A stretch of DNA of 64,000 bases from an uncultured Pelagibacteraceae bacterium (GTDB lineage Bacteria; Pseudomonadota; Alphaproteobacteria; Pelagibacterales; Pelagibacteraceae). The translations under genes were made by a program, and so were the position numbers. Under the pieces are notes generated by a model. The model ran no database searches. It saw only the letters and a program-made list of their open reading frames with translations, and was not told the origin of the DNA. The stretch is from positions 9,623-73,622 of the forward strand of contig CACBMB010000008.1 in the NCBI GenBank assembly GCA_902540275.1, read 5' to 3'. This document shows positions 27,600 through 39,426 of this stretch, piece by piece; within the stretch, counting starts at the first letter, position 1, and each line of letters starts with the position of its first letter.

Positions 27600-28247
27600 A
27601 TGTTTTTAAAAATTAAGAAAATACCTAAAGTCAATTGGAGCTCTCATAAGCCTTATAATTTTAGACCAAAATTCTCTACTTTCTTTTTTTTATGTTTTGG
27701 TCTGATGTTATTTGGACTTGGAGAAGGTTTATTAATTGTATCTTTTACTGGTGCTTCTCCATGGAGTGTTTTAGCTCAAGGTATTTCTCTTAAAGTTAAT
27801 TTATCAATAGGTACAATTACTTTGTTAATCAGTATTGCAGTTTTAATCTTGTGGATACCTTTAGGTCAAAAGCCTGGAATGGGAACAATCTTTAATGCAT
27901 TGATAATTGCATTAATGATTGATCTTTGTATTAAATTTGTTCCAACCCCATCTAATTATTTAAATCAATTAATCTTAGCAGTCATATCAGTAATTACAGT
28001 TGGTATTGGTGGAGGCATATATTTAGTTTCTAACTTAGGAGCAGGTCCAAGAGATGGATTGATGATTGGTTTACAAAAAGTCACAAATTTACCTATAGCA
28101 GCTGTTAGAGCAACTTTAGAAATTTCAGTTGTAAGTATTGGGTGGTACTTAGGTGGAACTGTTGGAGTTGGTACTTTATTATTTGCTTTTGGTATAGGAC
28201 CTTGTGTTGCCTTAGGACTTTATCTAGTTGATAAAATTTTTAATTAA
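27600..28247 (+). CDS. integral membrane protein (YczE/YitT-like, tentative)
   Basis: 215 aa, 5-6 TM helices, GLGEGLLIVSFTGASPWSVLAQG wording. Confidence 0.5.
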   Translation: MFLKIKKIPKVNWSSHKPYNFRPKFSTFFFLCFGLMLFGLGEGLLIVSFTGASPWSVLAQGISLKVNLSIGTITLLISIAVLILWIPLGQKPGMGTIFNALIIALMIDLCIKFVPTPSNYLNQLILAVISVITVGIGGGIYLVSNLGAGPRDGLMIGLQKVTNLPIAAVRATLEISVVSIGWYLGGTVGVGTLLFAFGIGPCVALGLYLVDKIFN

Positions 28248-30070
28248 GCTGCTGCTCCAGCTTTTTCACTTTTTTTTCTTTCATGAGGATCTAGAATAGC
28301 TTTTCTCAATCTACAAGACTCTGGGGTAATTTCTAAAGCTTCATCAGTATTTAACATACTTAATTGTTCAGCAATCGACATTTTTCTTACTGGAGTAAGA
28401 ACAACATTTTCATCTGTTCCTTGAGTTCTCATATTCGTTAATTTTTTACCTTTCATGACATTGATAATCATATCTCCTGGTTTAGGGGCCAAACCGACAA
28501 TCATACCAGGATAAACAGGATCATTGTGAGTCACAAACATTTCACCTCTTGCCTGTAGATTGAATATTGCGAAAGCAACAGCTTTGCCTTGTTCCATTGA
28601 AATTAACGCACCGTTCCTTCTTCCTTCCATATCTCCTTCAAACGGGCCATAAGTATGAAAAATTCTGTTAATTACCCCGTTACCTTTTGTTAATGTTAGA
28701 AATCTACTTGTGTATCCCATTAAACCTCTTGTTGGAGCATGGAATATAAGCCTTTTTTTATTTTTTCCAGTGTCTTTTAATTCAATTAATTTACCTTTTC
28801 TTCTATTCATAGAGTCAATAATTTTTGAAGAGTGTTCTTCGTCAAGATCCATAGTAATTTCCTCTATAGGCTCAAGTTTGTTTCCATTTTCATCTTTCTT
28901 ATACAAAACTTTTGGAGGGCTTACTGTCATTTCAAATCCTTCTCTTCTCATTTGAGTAAGTAAGATTTCTAACATTAGCTCTCCTCGACCACTTACTACA
29001 AAAGAGTCATTGCCACTATTTTCAGAAAATGTAATTCCAACATTATTTTGGGCTTCTTGTATTAATCTGTCTCTTATTTGTGTACTTGTAAGTTTTTTTC
29101 CTTCAGTTCCAGCTAATGGAGAAGTATTTACAGTAATTGTAATTGACATGGTTGGAGGGTCAATTGGAGTAGCTTCAATTGGCTCATTTACCTCAAGATT
29201 ACATATAGTATCTGCCACGTTAGCTTTTTCTAATCCGGCAACAACAACAATATCTCCCGCTTCACCAACCTCAATTGGAACTTTTTTGGTTCCTTCGTAT
29301 CTAAAAATTTTAGTTAATCTACCTTCATCAACTTTTTCTCCCTTTAAATTGATTGCCTTAATAGCTTGATTAGCTTTTGCCGTTCCTTGTGAAATTCTAC
29401 CCACTAAACTTCTTCCTAAAAAGCTATCAGCATAAAGAAGTGTAGAAAGCATAGCGAAAGGTTTTGATTTATCTAATTCAGCTGGTTTAACATGCTCGAC
29501 GATCTTATCTAAAAGTGGATTAAGATTTTCTCTTGGACCATCTACTTCAAGATCAGCCCATCCAGATCTTCCACTGGCATATAAAACTGGGAAATCTAGC
29601 TGCTCTTCATTAGCATCTAAACTTACAAATAAGTCGAATGTTTCATCTAGAACTTCGTTTGCTCTCTGATCTGATTTATCTAGTTTATTTATAACTACAA
29701 TTGGTTTTAAGCCCTGTTTTAATGCTTTCGCTAAAACGAATTTTGTTTGGGGCATTACACCTTCAGCAGAATCTATAAGCAATAAAGCTCCATCTGCCAT
29801 ACTAAGTACTCTTTCAACTTCTGCAGCAAAATCTCTGTGGCCAGGTGTATCTATTATATTTATTCTTGAATTTTTCCAATTTATCGAGGCAGGTTTAGCT
29901 AATATAGTTATTCCTCTCTCTTTTTCTAATTCCCCAGAGTCCATTAACCTTTCATCTACAACCTCATTTTCTCTAAATGAGCCACTTTGTTTCATTAGAT
30001 TATCTATCAGGGTCGTTTTGCCATGATCAACATGGGCGATTATAGTGATGTTTCTTATATTATTATTCAT
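28244..30070 (-). CDS. typA: translational GTPase TypA/BipA
   Basis: IRNITIIAHVDHGKTTL, DTPGHRDF and NKLD motifs; 608 aa. Confidence 0.95.
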   Translation of the reverse strand: MNNNIRNITIIAHVDHGKTTLIDNLMKQSGSFRENEVVDERLMDSGELEKERGITILAKPASINWKNSRINIIDTPGHRDFAAEVERVLSMADGALLLIDSAEGVMPQTKFVLAKALKQGLKPIVVINKLDKSDQRANEVLDETFDLFVSLDANEEQLDFPVLYASGRSGWADLEVDGPRENLNPLLDKIVEHVKPAELDKSKPFAMLSTLLYADSFLGRSLVGRISQGTAKANQAIKAINLKGEKVDEGRLTKIFRYEGTKKVPIEVGEAGDIVVVAGLEKANVADTICNLEVNEPIEATPIDPPTMSITITVNTSPLAGTEGKKLTSTQIRDRLIQEAQNNVGITFSENSGNDSFVVSGRGELMLEILLTQMRREGFEMTVSPPKVLYKKDENGNKLEPIEEITMDLDEEHSSKIIDSMNRRKGKLIELKDTGKNKKRLIFHAPTRGLMGYTSRFLTLTKGNGVINRIFHTYGPFEGDMEGRRNGALISMEQGKAVAFAIFNLQARGEMFVTHNDPVYPGMIVGLAPKPGDMIINVMKGKKLTNMRTQGTDENVVLTPVRKMSIAEQLSMLNTDEALEITPESCRLRKAILDPHERKKSEKAGAAA

Positions 30071-30140
30071 AATTCCGGGTTCTTATACATATTTAATCGC
30101 TTTTGAAAACTTAAAAAAAACTACACTAGGCTTGAATAAA

Positions 30141-30254
30141 TTAAGTATTTTTTCGCTTTTCTCGTTTAAGTTTCCTTTTTTCTTTGAAACTAAATTTAGG
30201 TTTTTTTTTTACACTAGAGTCTTTAAATGATTTTCCACTATATCGTTTTGACAT
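30141..30254 (-). CDS. candidate 37-aa highly basic micro-ORF (unverified)
   Basis: Hand translation: MSKRYSGKSFKDSSVKKKPKFSFKEKRKLKREKRKNT*. It lies between the groEL terminator and typA. No clear SD, and it is below the ORF-track length cutoff. Confidence 0.25.
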   Translation of the reverse strand: MSKRYSGKSFKDSSVKKKPKFSFKEKRKLKREKRKNT

Positions 30255-30269
30255 ATCTGTTTATTCAAT

Positions 30270-30301
30270 AAAAAAAAAGGGCAGTAAAAACTGCCCTTTT
30301 T
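30270..30301. terminator. rho-independent terminator of groESL (bidirectional architecture)
   Basis: A9-GGGCAG-taaaaa-CTGCCC-T5. On the minus strand the stem is followed by U9. Confidence 0.8.
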
Positions 30302-30327
30302 GAATTTTTGTTTGAGAACGATGGGGG

Positions 30328-32303
<1,976 letters not shown>

Positions 32304-32330
32304 AAATTCTCCTTTATAAATATGAGCTTC

Positions 32331-32358
32331 ATATAGAGATTGGTCCATCTATTTCAAG
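32331..32358 (-). promoter_or_regulatory. RpoH (sigma32)-type promoter of groESL
   Basis: The minus strand reads CTTGAAA...(CTTG-N17)-TCTATAT, a 6/7 match to CYTATNT with correct spacing. Confidence 0.45.
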
Positions 32359-32428
32359 ATAAAGATTAAAATAAGTTAACTAAAAAACTGAGGGAATTTA
32401 GGGTTTTTTTGGTTTATAGATTGTTTTG

Positions 32429-33247
32429 ATGACAAAAAATTTAGATAAAGATGGACTAAGTTCGATCGCCAACAATTATCAGTTATTTTATATCGACTTG
32501 TGGGGAGTTGTTCATAATGGCATTAAATTACACAATGAGGCTATTAACGCTTTAAAACAGATTTCTAATATCAATAAAGATTATGTCCTTCTAACAAATG
32601 CACCTAGACCAAATGAGGCTGTTAAAAATTTTTTAGAAAAAATGGGTATGGAAAAAGAGATTAGAGATCATGTTTTTACATCTGGTGAAGCAGCATTAAA
32701 CTATTTGAAAAAAAATTTTTTAAATCAAAAATTTTTTCATGTTGGGCCAGAAAGAGATTTTGATTTATTAAGAAATTTTGAAAAGAATAAATCATCAGAT
32801 ATTCATAAAAGTGAGTATATTTTATGTACAGGGTTATTTGATAATCATGATGATGACTTAATATTTTATAAAAATTTGTTTGAAAAAAATTTAAATAAAA
32901 AAATGATTTGTACTAATCCTGATTTAATTGTTGATAGGGGAAAAATAAGAGAATTATGTGCAGGATCTGTTGCAATGGTTTTTGAGAAGATGGGTGGACA
33001 AGTAATATATTTTGGAAAACCTTACCCAGAGGTGTATAACCAATCGATAAATAATAAGAATAAAAAAATACTTTCGATAGGTGATAACTTCAATACCGAT
33101 ATTAAAGGTGCTAATTTATTAAATTACGACTCTTTAATAATTTCAAATGGTATTCATAAAAACGAAATAAGCAAAAACGGAATTGAAAAAACAGCAAAGT
33201 CATATGAAACTATTTGTAACTTTATTCAATCAGAGCTAAAATGGTAA
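32429..33247 (+). CDS. HAD-superfamily IIA hydrolase (conserved upstream of ribF in alphaproteobacteria)
   Basis: FYIDLWGVVHNG (DxxG nucleophile region), LLTNAPR, GDNFNTDIKGA. Confidence 0.7.
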   Translation: MTKNLDKDGLSSIANNYQLFYIDLWGVVHNGIKLHNEAINALKQISNINKDYVLLTNAPRPNEAVKNFLEKMGMEKEIRDHVFTSGEAALNYLKKNFLNQKFFHVGPERDFDLLRNFEKNKSSDIHKSEYILCTGLFDNHDDDLIFYKNLFEKNLNKKMICTNPDLIVDRGKIRELCAGSVAMVFEKMGGQVIYFGKPYPEVYNQSINNKNKKILSIGDNFNTDIKGANLLNYDSLIISNGIHKNEISKNGIEKTAKSYETICNFIQSELKW

Positions 33248-34167
33248 GATTAATAAAAATATATAAAAATTTTAATATTATAAAACATCACAAAAGATCA
33301 ATAATATTAATTGGTAATTTTGATGGTCTACATTTGGGTCACCAAAAATTATTTAAATTAGCAAAAAATTTTAAAAAAAAATACTCTCTTAATATTGGTG
33401 TATTAACTTTTGAGCCAATGCCGAAAATGTTTTTTAATAACAACCTAAGCAATTTTAGAATTTCAAATCAAAAACAAAAAATTAATTTATTAAAAAAACA
33501 TAATGTAGATTTTGTTATAATAAAAAGATTTAATAAAAAATTTTCAAAAGTTAAGTCTACAAACTTTATTAAGAATATTCTTGTTTCAAAATTGCAAGCA
33601 AAATTTATCTTTGTAAGTAATAATTTCAGATTTGGAAATAGGAGAGAGGGAGATGTAAAACAATTAATTAAGTATGAAAAAATATTTAATTATAAAATAG
33701 TTAAACCCAAACCATTATCTAAAAATAAAAAAATTATATCATCCTCATTAATTCGAAAATTATTAATGAAAGGTAAAATTAAGAAAGCCAATGAATTTTT
33801 AAATAGGGAGTGGTCGATAGAAGGAATGGTAAAAAAAGGAAGACAGCTTGGAAAAAAAATTGGATTTCCAACTGCTAATATTGATATCAAAGATTATATT
33901 ATAGCAAAAACCGGAGTCTATGCAGTTAAAGTAAAAAAATATGGTACTAATAAATTTATTAGAGGAATAGCAAATTTAGGGTATAGGCCAACTTTTAATC
34001 AAAAAAAAATATTATTAGAAGTTCATCTGTTTAATTTTTCAAAAAATTTATATAATAAGTATTTGACGGTTAATTTTTTAAAATTTATTAGAAAAGAAAA
34101 AAAATTCAAAAATGTAAGTGAATTAAAAAAACAAATTAAAATAGATATATCTAAAGCAAAAAAATAA
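33241..34167 (+). CDS. ribF: bifunctional riboflavin kinase / FMN adenylyltransferase
   Basis: GNFDGLHLGHQKL, GFPTANI, and the LR-E-KF wording at the C-terminus. Confidence 0.9.
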   Translation: MVRLIKIYKNFNIIKHHKRSIILIGNFDGLHLGHQKLFKLAKNFKKKYSLNIGVLTFEPMPKMFFNNNLSNFRISNQKQKINLLKKHNVDFVIIKRFNKKFSKVKSTNFIKNILVSKLQAKFIFVSNNFRFGNRREGDVKQLIKYEKIFNYKIVKPKPLSKNKKIISSSLIRKLLMKGKIKKANEFLNREWSIEGMVKKGRQLGKKIGFPTANIDIKDYIIAKTGVYAVKVKKYGTNKFIRGIANLGYRPTFNQKKILLEVHLFNFSKNLYNKYLTVNFLKFIRKEKKFKNVSELKKQIKIDISKAKK

Positions 34168-34169
34168 TA

Positions 34170-36902
34170 ATGAGCAAATTTCAAATTAATTTACCCAAAA
34201 CATCTTTTTCAATGAGGGCAAACTTGCCTTCAAAAGAGCCAGAGTTTTTAAAATTCTGGGAAAAAATAAATTTATATAAAGAGTTAAGAAACTCTAGAAA
34301 AGGTAAAGAAAAATTTGTTTTACATGATGGCCCCCCTTATGCGAATGGAAATATACATATGGGAACAGCGCTAAATAAAATCTTAAAAGATATAATTGTG
34401 AAATTTCATCAAATGGATGGTAAAGACTCAGTGTATGTTCCAGGTTGGGATTGTCATGGCTTACCAATAGAGTGGAAAATTGAAGAACAATATAAAAAAA
34501 ATAAAAAAAATAAAAATGAAGTCCCTGTGATTGAATTTAGAAAAGAGTGTAGAGTTTTTGCTGAAAAATGGATCGAGATCCATAAAGATCAATTTAAAAG
34601 ATTAGGTGTAGTAGGAGATTGGGAAAATTACTATTCAACAATGAGTTATGATGCTGAAGCTCAAATTGTAAGAGAGCTTGGAAAGTTTTTAAAAGAAGGA
34701 AGTTTGTATAGAGGTTTTAAACCAGTGCTGTGGTCAACTGTAGAAAAAACAGCACTGGCAGATGCTGAAGTAGAATATCAGGATCACAAATCAGATACTA
34801 TTTATGCATCATTTCCAGTAAAAAAATCTGAAGTAAGTGAAATTAATGATAGTGAAATAGTTATTTGGACAACTACACCATGGACAATACCTGCCAACAA
34901 AGCTTTAGCTTATAATGAAAGCTTAACTTACTTATTAGTAAAAATACATGATGAAGGAGATTATAAAAATAAGAAAATTGTTATAGCAGAGGCATTATTA
35001 GAATCAGTAATTAAAGATTGCAATGTTGAAAAGTATGAAGTTTTAAAAAATTTCAAAGGAAAAGAACTGAAAGAAACAATTTGTAGACATCCCTTTTTTG
35101 ATTTAGGTTTCGATTATGATATCCCACTTTTAGAGGCACGTTTTGTTACTACCGAACAAGGAACAGGTATAGTTCATTGTGCCCCAAGTCATGGACCTGA
35201 TGATTTTAACCTTTGTTTAAATAACGGAATTAAGGCAATTGAAACAGTTGATGGAGATGGAAAGTATACAAATAACGTAATGTTATTTGAAGGAATTCAT
35301 ATTTTCAAAGCCAATCCCATAGTGATTGAAAAATTAAAAGAGCAAAAAAAATTATTATCTAGTGGTGAGCTTGTCCATTCTTATCCTCATTCTTGGAGAT
35401 CAAAAGCTCCACTAGTTCATAGAGCTACACCACAGTGGTTTATTTCAATGGAAAGTCATAAATTAAGAGAGAAAGCTCTAAAGGCTATAGATGAAACAAC
35501 TTTCTATCCTAACAAAGGTAAAGAAAGATTAAAGTCAATGATAGAAACAAGACCAGATTGGTGCGTATCTAGACAAAGAGTTTGGGGCGTTCCTTTGCCA
35601 ATTTTTGTAAATAAAAAAAATAACGAAATTTTAGTAGATGACGAAGTGTTTGAAAATATCGCTAAAATTTATGAGAAAGAAGGTTCAGATTGTTGGTTTT
35701 CTGATAATCCTCAGAAGTTTCTTGGAAGCAAATATAAAGCAGATGACTTTGAAAAATTACAAGATATTGTTGAAGTTTGGTTTGATAGTGGTTCGACTCA
35801 TTCGTTTGTACTAGAAAAAAGAGAAGATTTGAAATGGCCAGCATCAATGTATCTTGAAGGATCCGATCAACATAGAGGTTGGTTTCATTCATCTTTATTA
35901 GAATCATGTGGAACCAGGGGGAAAGCTCCATTTGAATCAATTCTCTCTCATGGATTTGTTGTTGATGGAAAAGGGCTAAAAATGTCAAAATCTTTAGGTA
36001 ACGTGATTGCCCCAGAGGATATTTTAAAAAAATATGGAGCTGATATTCTAAGAATCTGGGTTGCTTCCTCAAATTATGCAGAAGATTTAAGAATAGACTA
36101 CTCAATTTTGGATCAACATTCTGAGTCTTATAGAAAAATCAGAAATACTTTTAGATATTTACTTGGAAATTTAAACGATAACTTTAAGGAAATTGATTTA
36201 AAAAGTATTGATATAAAAAATTTACCTGAATTAGAACAATTTATGCTTCATAAGATTTATGATTTAAATCTTAATTTTCATAAATATTTTAAAAATTATG
36301 ATTTTCATAACTTGTATAAGGAATTATTAAATTTTTGCACAGTTGATTTATCATCTTTTTATTTTGATATAAGAAAAGACACTTTATATTGTGATGAGGT
36401 TGGTTCAGAAAAAAGAAAAGCCTGTATTACCATATTGAATATTATTCTTAATTTATTAATAAGATGGTTTGCTCCTATATTATCATTTACCACTGAAGAA
36501 ATTTATCAACTAATTTTTAAAGATAATAAAAGTGTTCATTTAAAAAATTTTTTGATAATTCCAGAAAATTTTAAAAATGAAGAATTAAACACAAAATGGA
36601 TTGAATTAATAAGTATAAGGAATATCTGCAATATTAGTATCGAAGAAAAAAGAGCAAGCAAAGAAATTGGTTCAAGTCTTGAAGCAGATCTTGATATTAA
36701 ACTTGATAGTAAACTTAAAAATATAACTGAAAACATAGATTTTTCAGAATTATGTATAACTTCTAATGCCAAAGTCTCTTACGATAATAATGCTGAAACA
36801 ATAGTTATTACAAAAAAGGCAAAAGGGGAAAAATGTCCAATGTGTTGGAAAATTAATCTAGAAAAATGCCATAGAAATACTTGCCCAAGACAGATTAAAT
36901 GA
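34170..36902 (+). CDS. ileS: isoleucyl-tRNA synthetase
   Basis: PPYANGNIHMGTALNK (HIGH), KMSKSLGN, C-terminal Cys cluster CPMCWK...C. Confidence 0.97.
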   Translation: MSKFQINLPKTSFSMRANLPSKEPEFLKFWEKINLYKELRNSRKGKEKFVLHDGPPYANGNIHMGTALNKILKDIIVKFHQMDGKDSVYVPGWDCHGLPIEWKIEEQYKKNKKNKNEVPVIEFRKECRVFAEKWIEIHKDQFKRLGVVGDWENYYSTMSYDAEAQIVRELGKFLKEGSLYRGFKPVLWSTVEKTALADAEVEYQDHKSDTIYASFPVKKSEVSEINDSEIVIWTTTPWTIPANKALAYNESLTYLLVKIHDEGDYKNKKIVIAEALLESVIKDCNVEKYEVLKNFKGKELKETICRHPFFDLGFDYDIPLLEARFVTTEQGTGIVHCAPSHGPDDFNLCLNNGIKAIETVDGDGKYTNNVMLFEGIHIFKANPIVIEKLKEQKKLLSSGELVHSYPHSWRSKAPLVHRATPQWFISMESHKLREKALKAIDETTFYPNKGKERLKSMIETRPDWCVSRQRVWGVPLPIFVNKKNNEILVDDEVFENIAKIYEKEGSDCWFSDNPQKFLGSKYKADDFEKLQDIVEVWFDSGSTHSFVLEKREDLKWPASMYLEGSDQHRGWFHSSLLESCGTRGKAPFESILSHGFVVDGKGLKMSKSLGNVIAPEDILKKYGADILRIWVASSNYAEDLRIDYSILDQHSESYRKIRNTFRYLLGNLNDNFKEIDLKSIDIKNLPELEQFMLHKIYDLNLNFHKYFKNYDFHNLYKELLNFCTVDLSSFYFDIRKDTLYCDEVGSEKRKACITILNIILNLLIRWFAPILSFTTEEIYQLIFKDNKSVHLKNFLIIPENFKNEELNTKWIELISIRNICNISIEEKRASKEIGSSLEADLDIKLDSKLKNITENIDFSELCITSNAKVSYDNNAETIVITKKAKGEKCPMCWKINLEKCHRNTCPRQIK

Positions 36903-37390
36903 TCATAAAACATCTATCTAAAAATTTTTACATAAGTTTATTAATAGTTATTTCTATATTCATCTTAGATCGAATTACAAAAATTTATGTTATTTCTTTA
37001 GATGAAAAATTAATTGAAACTGATTTATTTAATTCAACCTTTTTAAACATAACTTTGATATGGAATAGTGGAATTGCATTTGGACTTTTTTCACTAAGTG
37101 AAAGTTTTTATTATGATTTAATAACTTTATTAATTATTATAATAATATTGATTTTATTAATCATGGTATCAAAGGCGGAAAAATTTCAAAAATATTCTTA
37201 TCTAATAATAGTGGGAGGTGGTTTGGGAAATTTATTTGATAGGATATTCTACAAAGCCGTTCCTGACTTCATAGATATACATTACAACGGATTTCATTGG
37301 TTTATTTTCAATATTGCAGATATATTTATAACAATCGGCATTATTTGCCTTATTTATGATGAAGTTTTTTTACAAAAAAGAAAAACATGA
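36899..37390 (+). CDS. lspA: lipoprotein signal peptidase II
   Basis: NSGIAFG and FNIADIFITIG motifs; 4-nt overlap with ileS. Confidence 0.9.
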   Translation: MIIKHLSKNFYISLLIVISIFILDRITKIYVISLDEKLIETDLFNSTFLNITLIWNSGIAFGLFSLSESFYYDLITLLIIIIILILLIMVSKAEKFQKYSYLIIVGGGLGNLFDRIFYKAVPDFIDIHYNGFHWFIFNIADIFITIGIICLIYDEVFLQKRKT

Positions 37391-37716
37391 AAAATATATA
37401 TAAATTTATTTTTGTTATCATATTAACATTTAATTTCTTAAATGGTTGCCAGTCTTTGAAAGATGGCCTTGAGGGAAACAAAAAATCTAAAAATGCTGAA
37501 GAATTTTTGATAAATAAAAAAAATGCTTTAACTATACCACCAGATTTTTCTAAGTTACCCACACCTGAGGCTGAAAAGAGAACTGAAATAAATGAAAGTG
37601 ATTTTGATATTGAAAATATTTTACAAGTAAATTCAGAAAATCAAAATTATGAGGGAAATTCCAAATCAAACAATTCATTGGAGGAATCAATCTTAGAAAA
37701 AATAAAACAAGATTAA
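37387..37716 (+). CDS. small lipoprotein (DUF3035-like)
   Basis: Lipobox FLNGC; the position after lspA is conserved in alphaproteobacteria. Family call is from memory. Confidence 0.55.
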   Translation: MKNIYKFIFVIILTFNFLNGCQSLKDGLEGNKKSKNAEEFLINKKNALTIPPDFSKLPTPEAEKRTEINESDFDIENILQVNSENQNYEGNSKSNNSLEESILEKIKQD

Positions 37717-38873
37717 TGCTTACAAAATCAATAGAACTAAAAAATTTTAAGTATAAAAAAAATAATAAAAATATCTTTAATAAATTAAAACTTATTTTAA
37801 ATAATAAAAGTGAAACTATAAGATCTTTATCAAAAGATTATAAAGATAATTACAAATATAAAAAAATAAGCCAAATAACAAGAAATAAAGATATAAGATT
37901 AATTGGAATGGGTGGATCTATTTTAGGTTCAAAAGCCATATTTAATTTTTTAAAAGAAAAAAGTAAAAAAAATTTTGTATTTGTAGATAATTTAATTTCA
38001 AAAAAAAGAAAATATAAAAATAATCAAATAAATTTAATAATATCTAAGTCAGGAAATACTCTTGAAACAATTACAAATGTAAATTTATTAATAAAAAAAA
38101 ATGATAAAAATATATTCATAACAGAAAAAAAACCTAGTTATTTATATAATCTTGCAAAAAAATTAAAGTCAGAGGTGATAGAGCATAATAATTTTATTGG
38201 TGGAAGATTTTCAGTTTTATCTGAAGTAGGCATGCTGCCTGCAGAATTGATGGGTTTAAGTCCAAAAAAATTTAGACAATTTGATAATTTAGTAAAAAGT
38301 AAAAAATTTATAAATCAATTGGTGTGTAGTACAGGGGCAATATTACATTTACATAAAAAAAAAAAATTTAATTCAATCATTTTGAATTATGATGAAAAAT
38401 CTTATTATCTTTTTGAATGGTATCAGCAATTAATTGCTGAAAGTTTGGGTAAGAAAGGCAAGGGTATACTTCCGGTTATATCTGAAATGCCAAAAGACAA
38501 TCATAGCATGATGCAGTTATATCTAGATGGACTTAAAAATAATTTTTTTACTTTTTTTAGTTTTAATGAAAAAAACTTTGATCAATTAAATAGTAAAATA
38601 CTTTTACCAAGTCATAAATATCTAAAATTTTACTCATCTAATAAAATAATATTAAAACAAAAAAAAGCTACAGAGATTGTCTTTTCTAAAAAAAATATTC
38701 CGTTTAGAAGTTTTGAAATTAACAAAAGAGATGAAAAGACTTTGGGAGAATTATTCTGCTACTTTATATTAGAAACGATCCTTTTAGGAAGAGCAATGAA
38801 CGTAAATCCGTTTGATCAACCATCTGTAGAATTGATAAAACAAGAGACTAAAAAACAGTTTAGTTTAAGATAG
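37716..38873 (+). CDS. pgi: glucose-6-phosphate isomerase (short form)
   Basis: IGMGGSILGSKA and PGI signature FIGGRFSVLSEVG. Confidence 0.7.
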   Translation: MLTKSIELKNFKYKKNNKNIFNKLKLILNNKSETIRSLSKDYKDNYKYKKISQITRNKDIRLIGMGGSILGSKAIFNFLKEKSKKNFVFVDNLISKKRKYKNNQINLIISKSGNTLETITNVNLLIKKNDKNIFITEKKPSYLYNLAKKLKSEVIEHNNFIGGRFSVLSEVGMLPAELMGLSPKKFRQFDNLVKSKKFINQLVCSTGAILHLHKKKKFNSIILNYDEKSYYLFEWYQQLIAESLGKKGKGILPVISEMPKDNHSMMQLYLDGLKNNFFTFFSFNEKNFDQLNSKILLPSHKYLKFYSSNKIILKQKKATEIVFSKKNIPFRSFEINKRDEKTLGELFCYFILETILLGRAMNVNPFDQPSVELIKQETKKQFSLR

Positions 38874-39426
38874 TACCGAAAATTATTTTAGAAATTCCAT
38901 ATTTTTTTTCTTCCAAAATTTTAAATTCTTTAAAATAAACTTCTTTTTGTTCACTATTTCTATGAATTATTATAAGTCCATCTTTTTTTAAAATATTTGA
39001 ATTTTTAATTTCTGATAGAATTAATGATATTTTTTTTTCTTTAAAGGGAGGATCAATAAAGATCAAATCAAAATTATTACTTAATTCTTTAAAAAAATTA
39101 CTTTGAAAAATATCTTTTTCAATAATTTTACTTTTTTCATTTAGATTGAGATTTTGAATATTTTTTTTTAAAATATTTAAAACACCTTGATAGTTTTCAA
39201 CAAATGTAACAAATTTTGCTCCTCTTGATATTGCCTCAAGACCAAAAGATCCCACGCCAGAAAATAAATCTAATATATTTGCATTTTCTATATTAGAATT
39301 AAATTTATTTGAATGTTTAACAACATTAAAAATAGATTCTTTAGCGAGATCTTTTAAAGGTCTTGTATTTTGATCCTGTGGTTCAAAAATTTTTTTTCCT
39401 TTAAATTTACCTGCAATAATTCTCAT
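38860..39426 (-). CDS. rsmD: 16S rRNA (guanine966-N2)-methyltransferase
   Basis: MRIIAGKFKGKKI, DLFSGVGSFGLEAISRGA, IFIDPPF. Confidence 0.8.
   Translation of the reverse strand: MRIIAGKFKGKKIFEPQDQNTRPLKDLAKESIFNVVKHSNKFNSNIENANILDLFSGVGSFGLEAISRGAKFVTFVENYQGVLNILKKNIQNLNLNEKSKIIEKDIFQSNFFKELSNNFDLIFIDPPFKEKKISLILSEIKNSNILKKDGLIIIHRNSEQKEVYFKEFKILEEKKYGISKIIFGTILN

Noticed and set aside
32304-32348. ORF-track N-terminal extension of GroES ([15 protein letters not shown]...).
   Set aside because: The canonical GroES N-terminus [10 protein letters not shown] begins at 32303 with a perfect AAGGAG RBS. The extension would overlap the predicted RpoH promoter.
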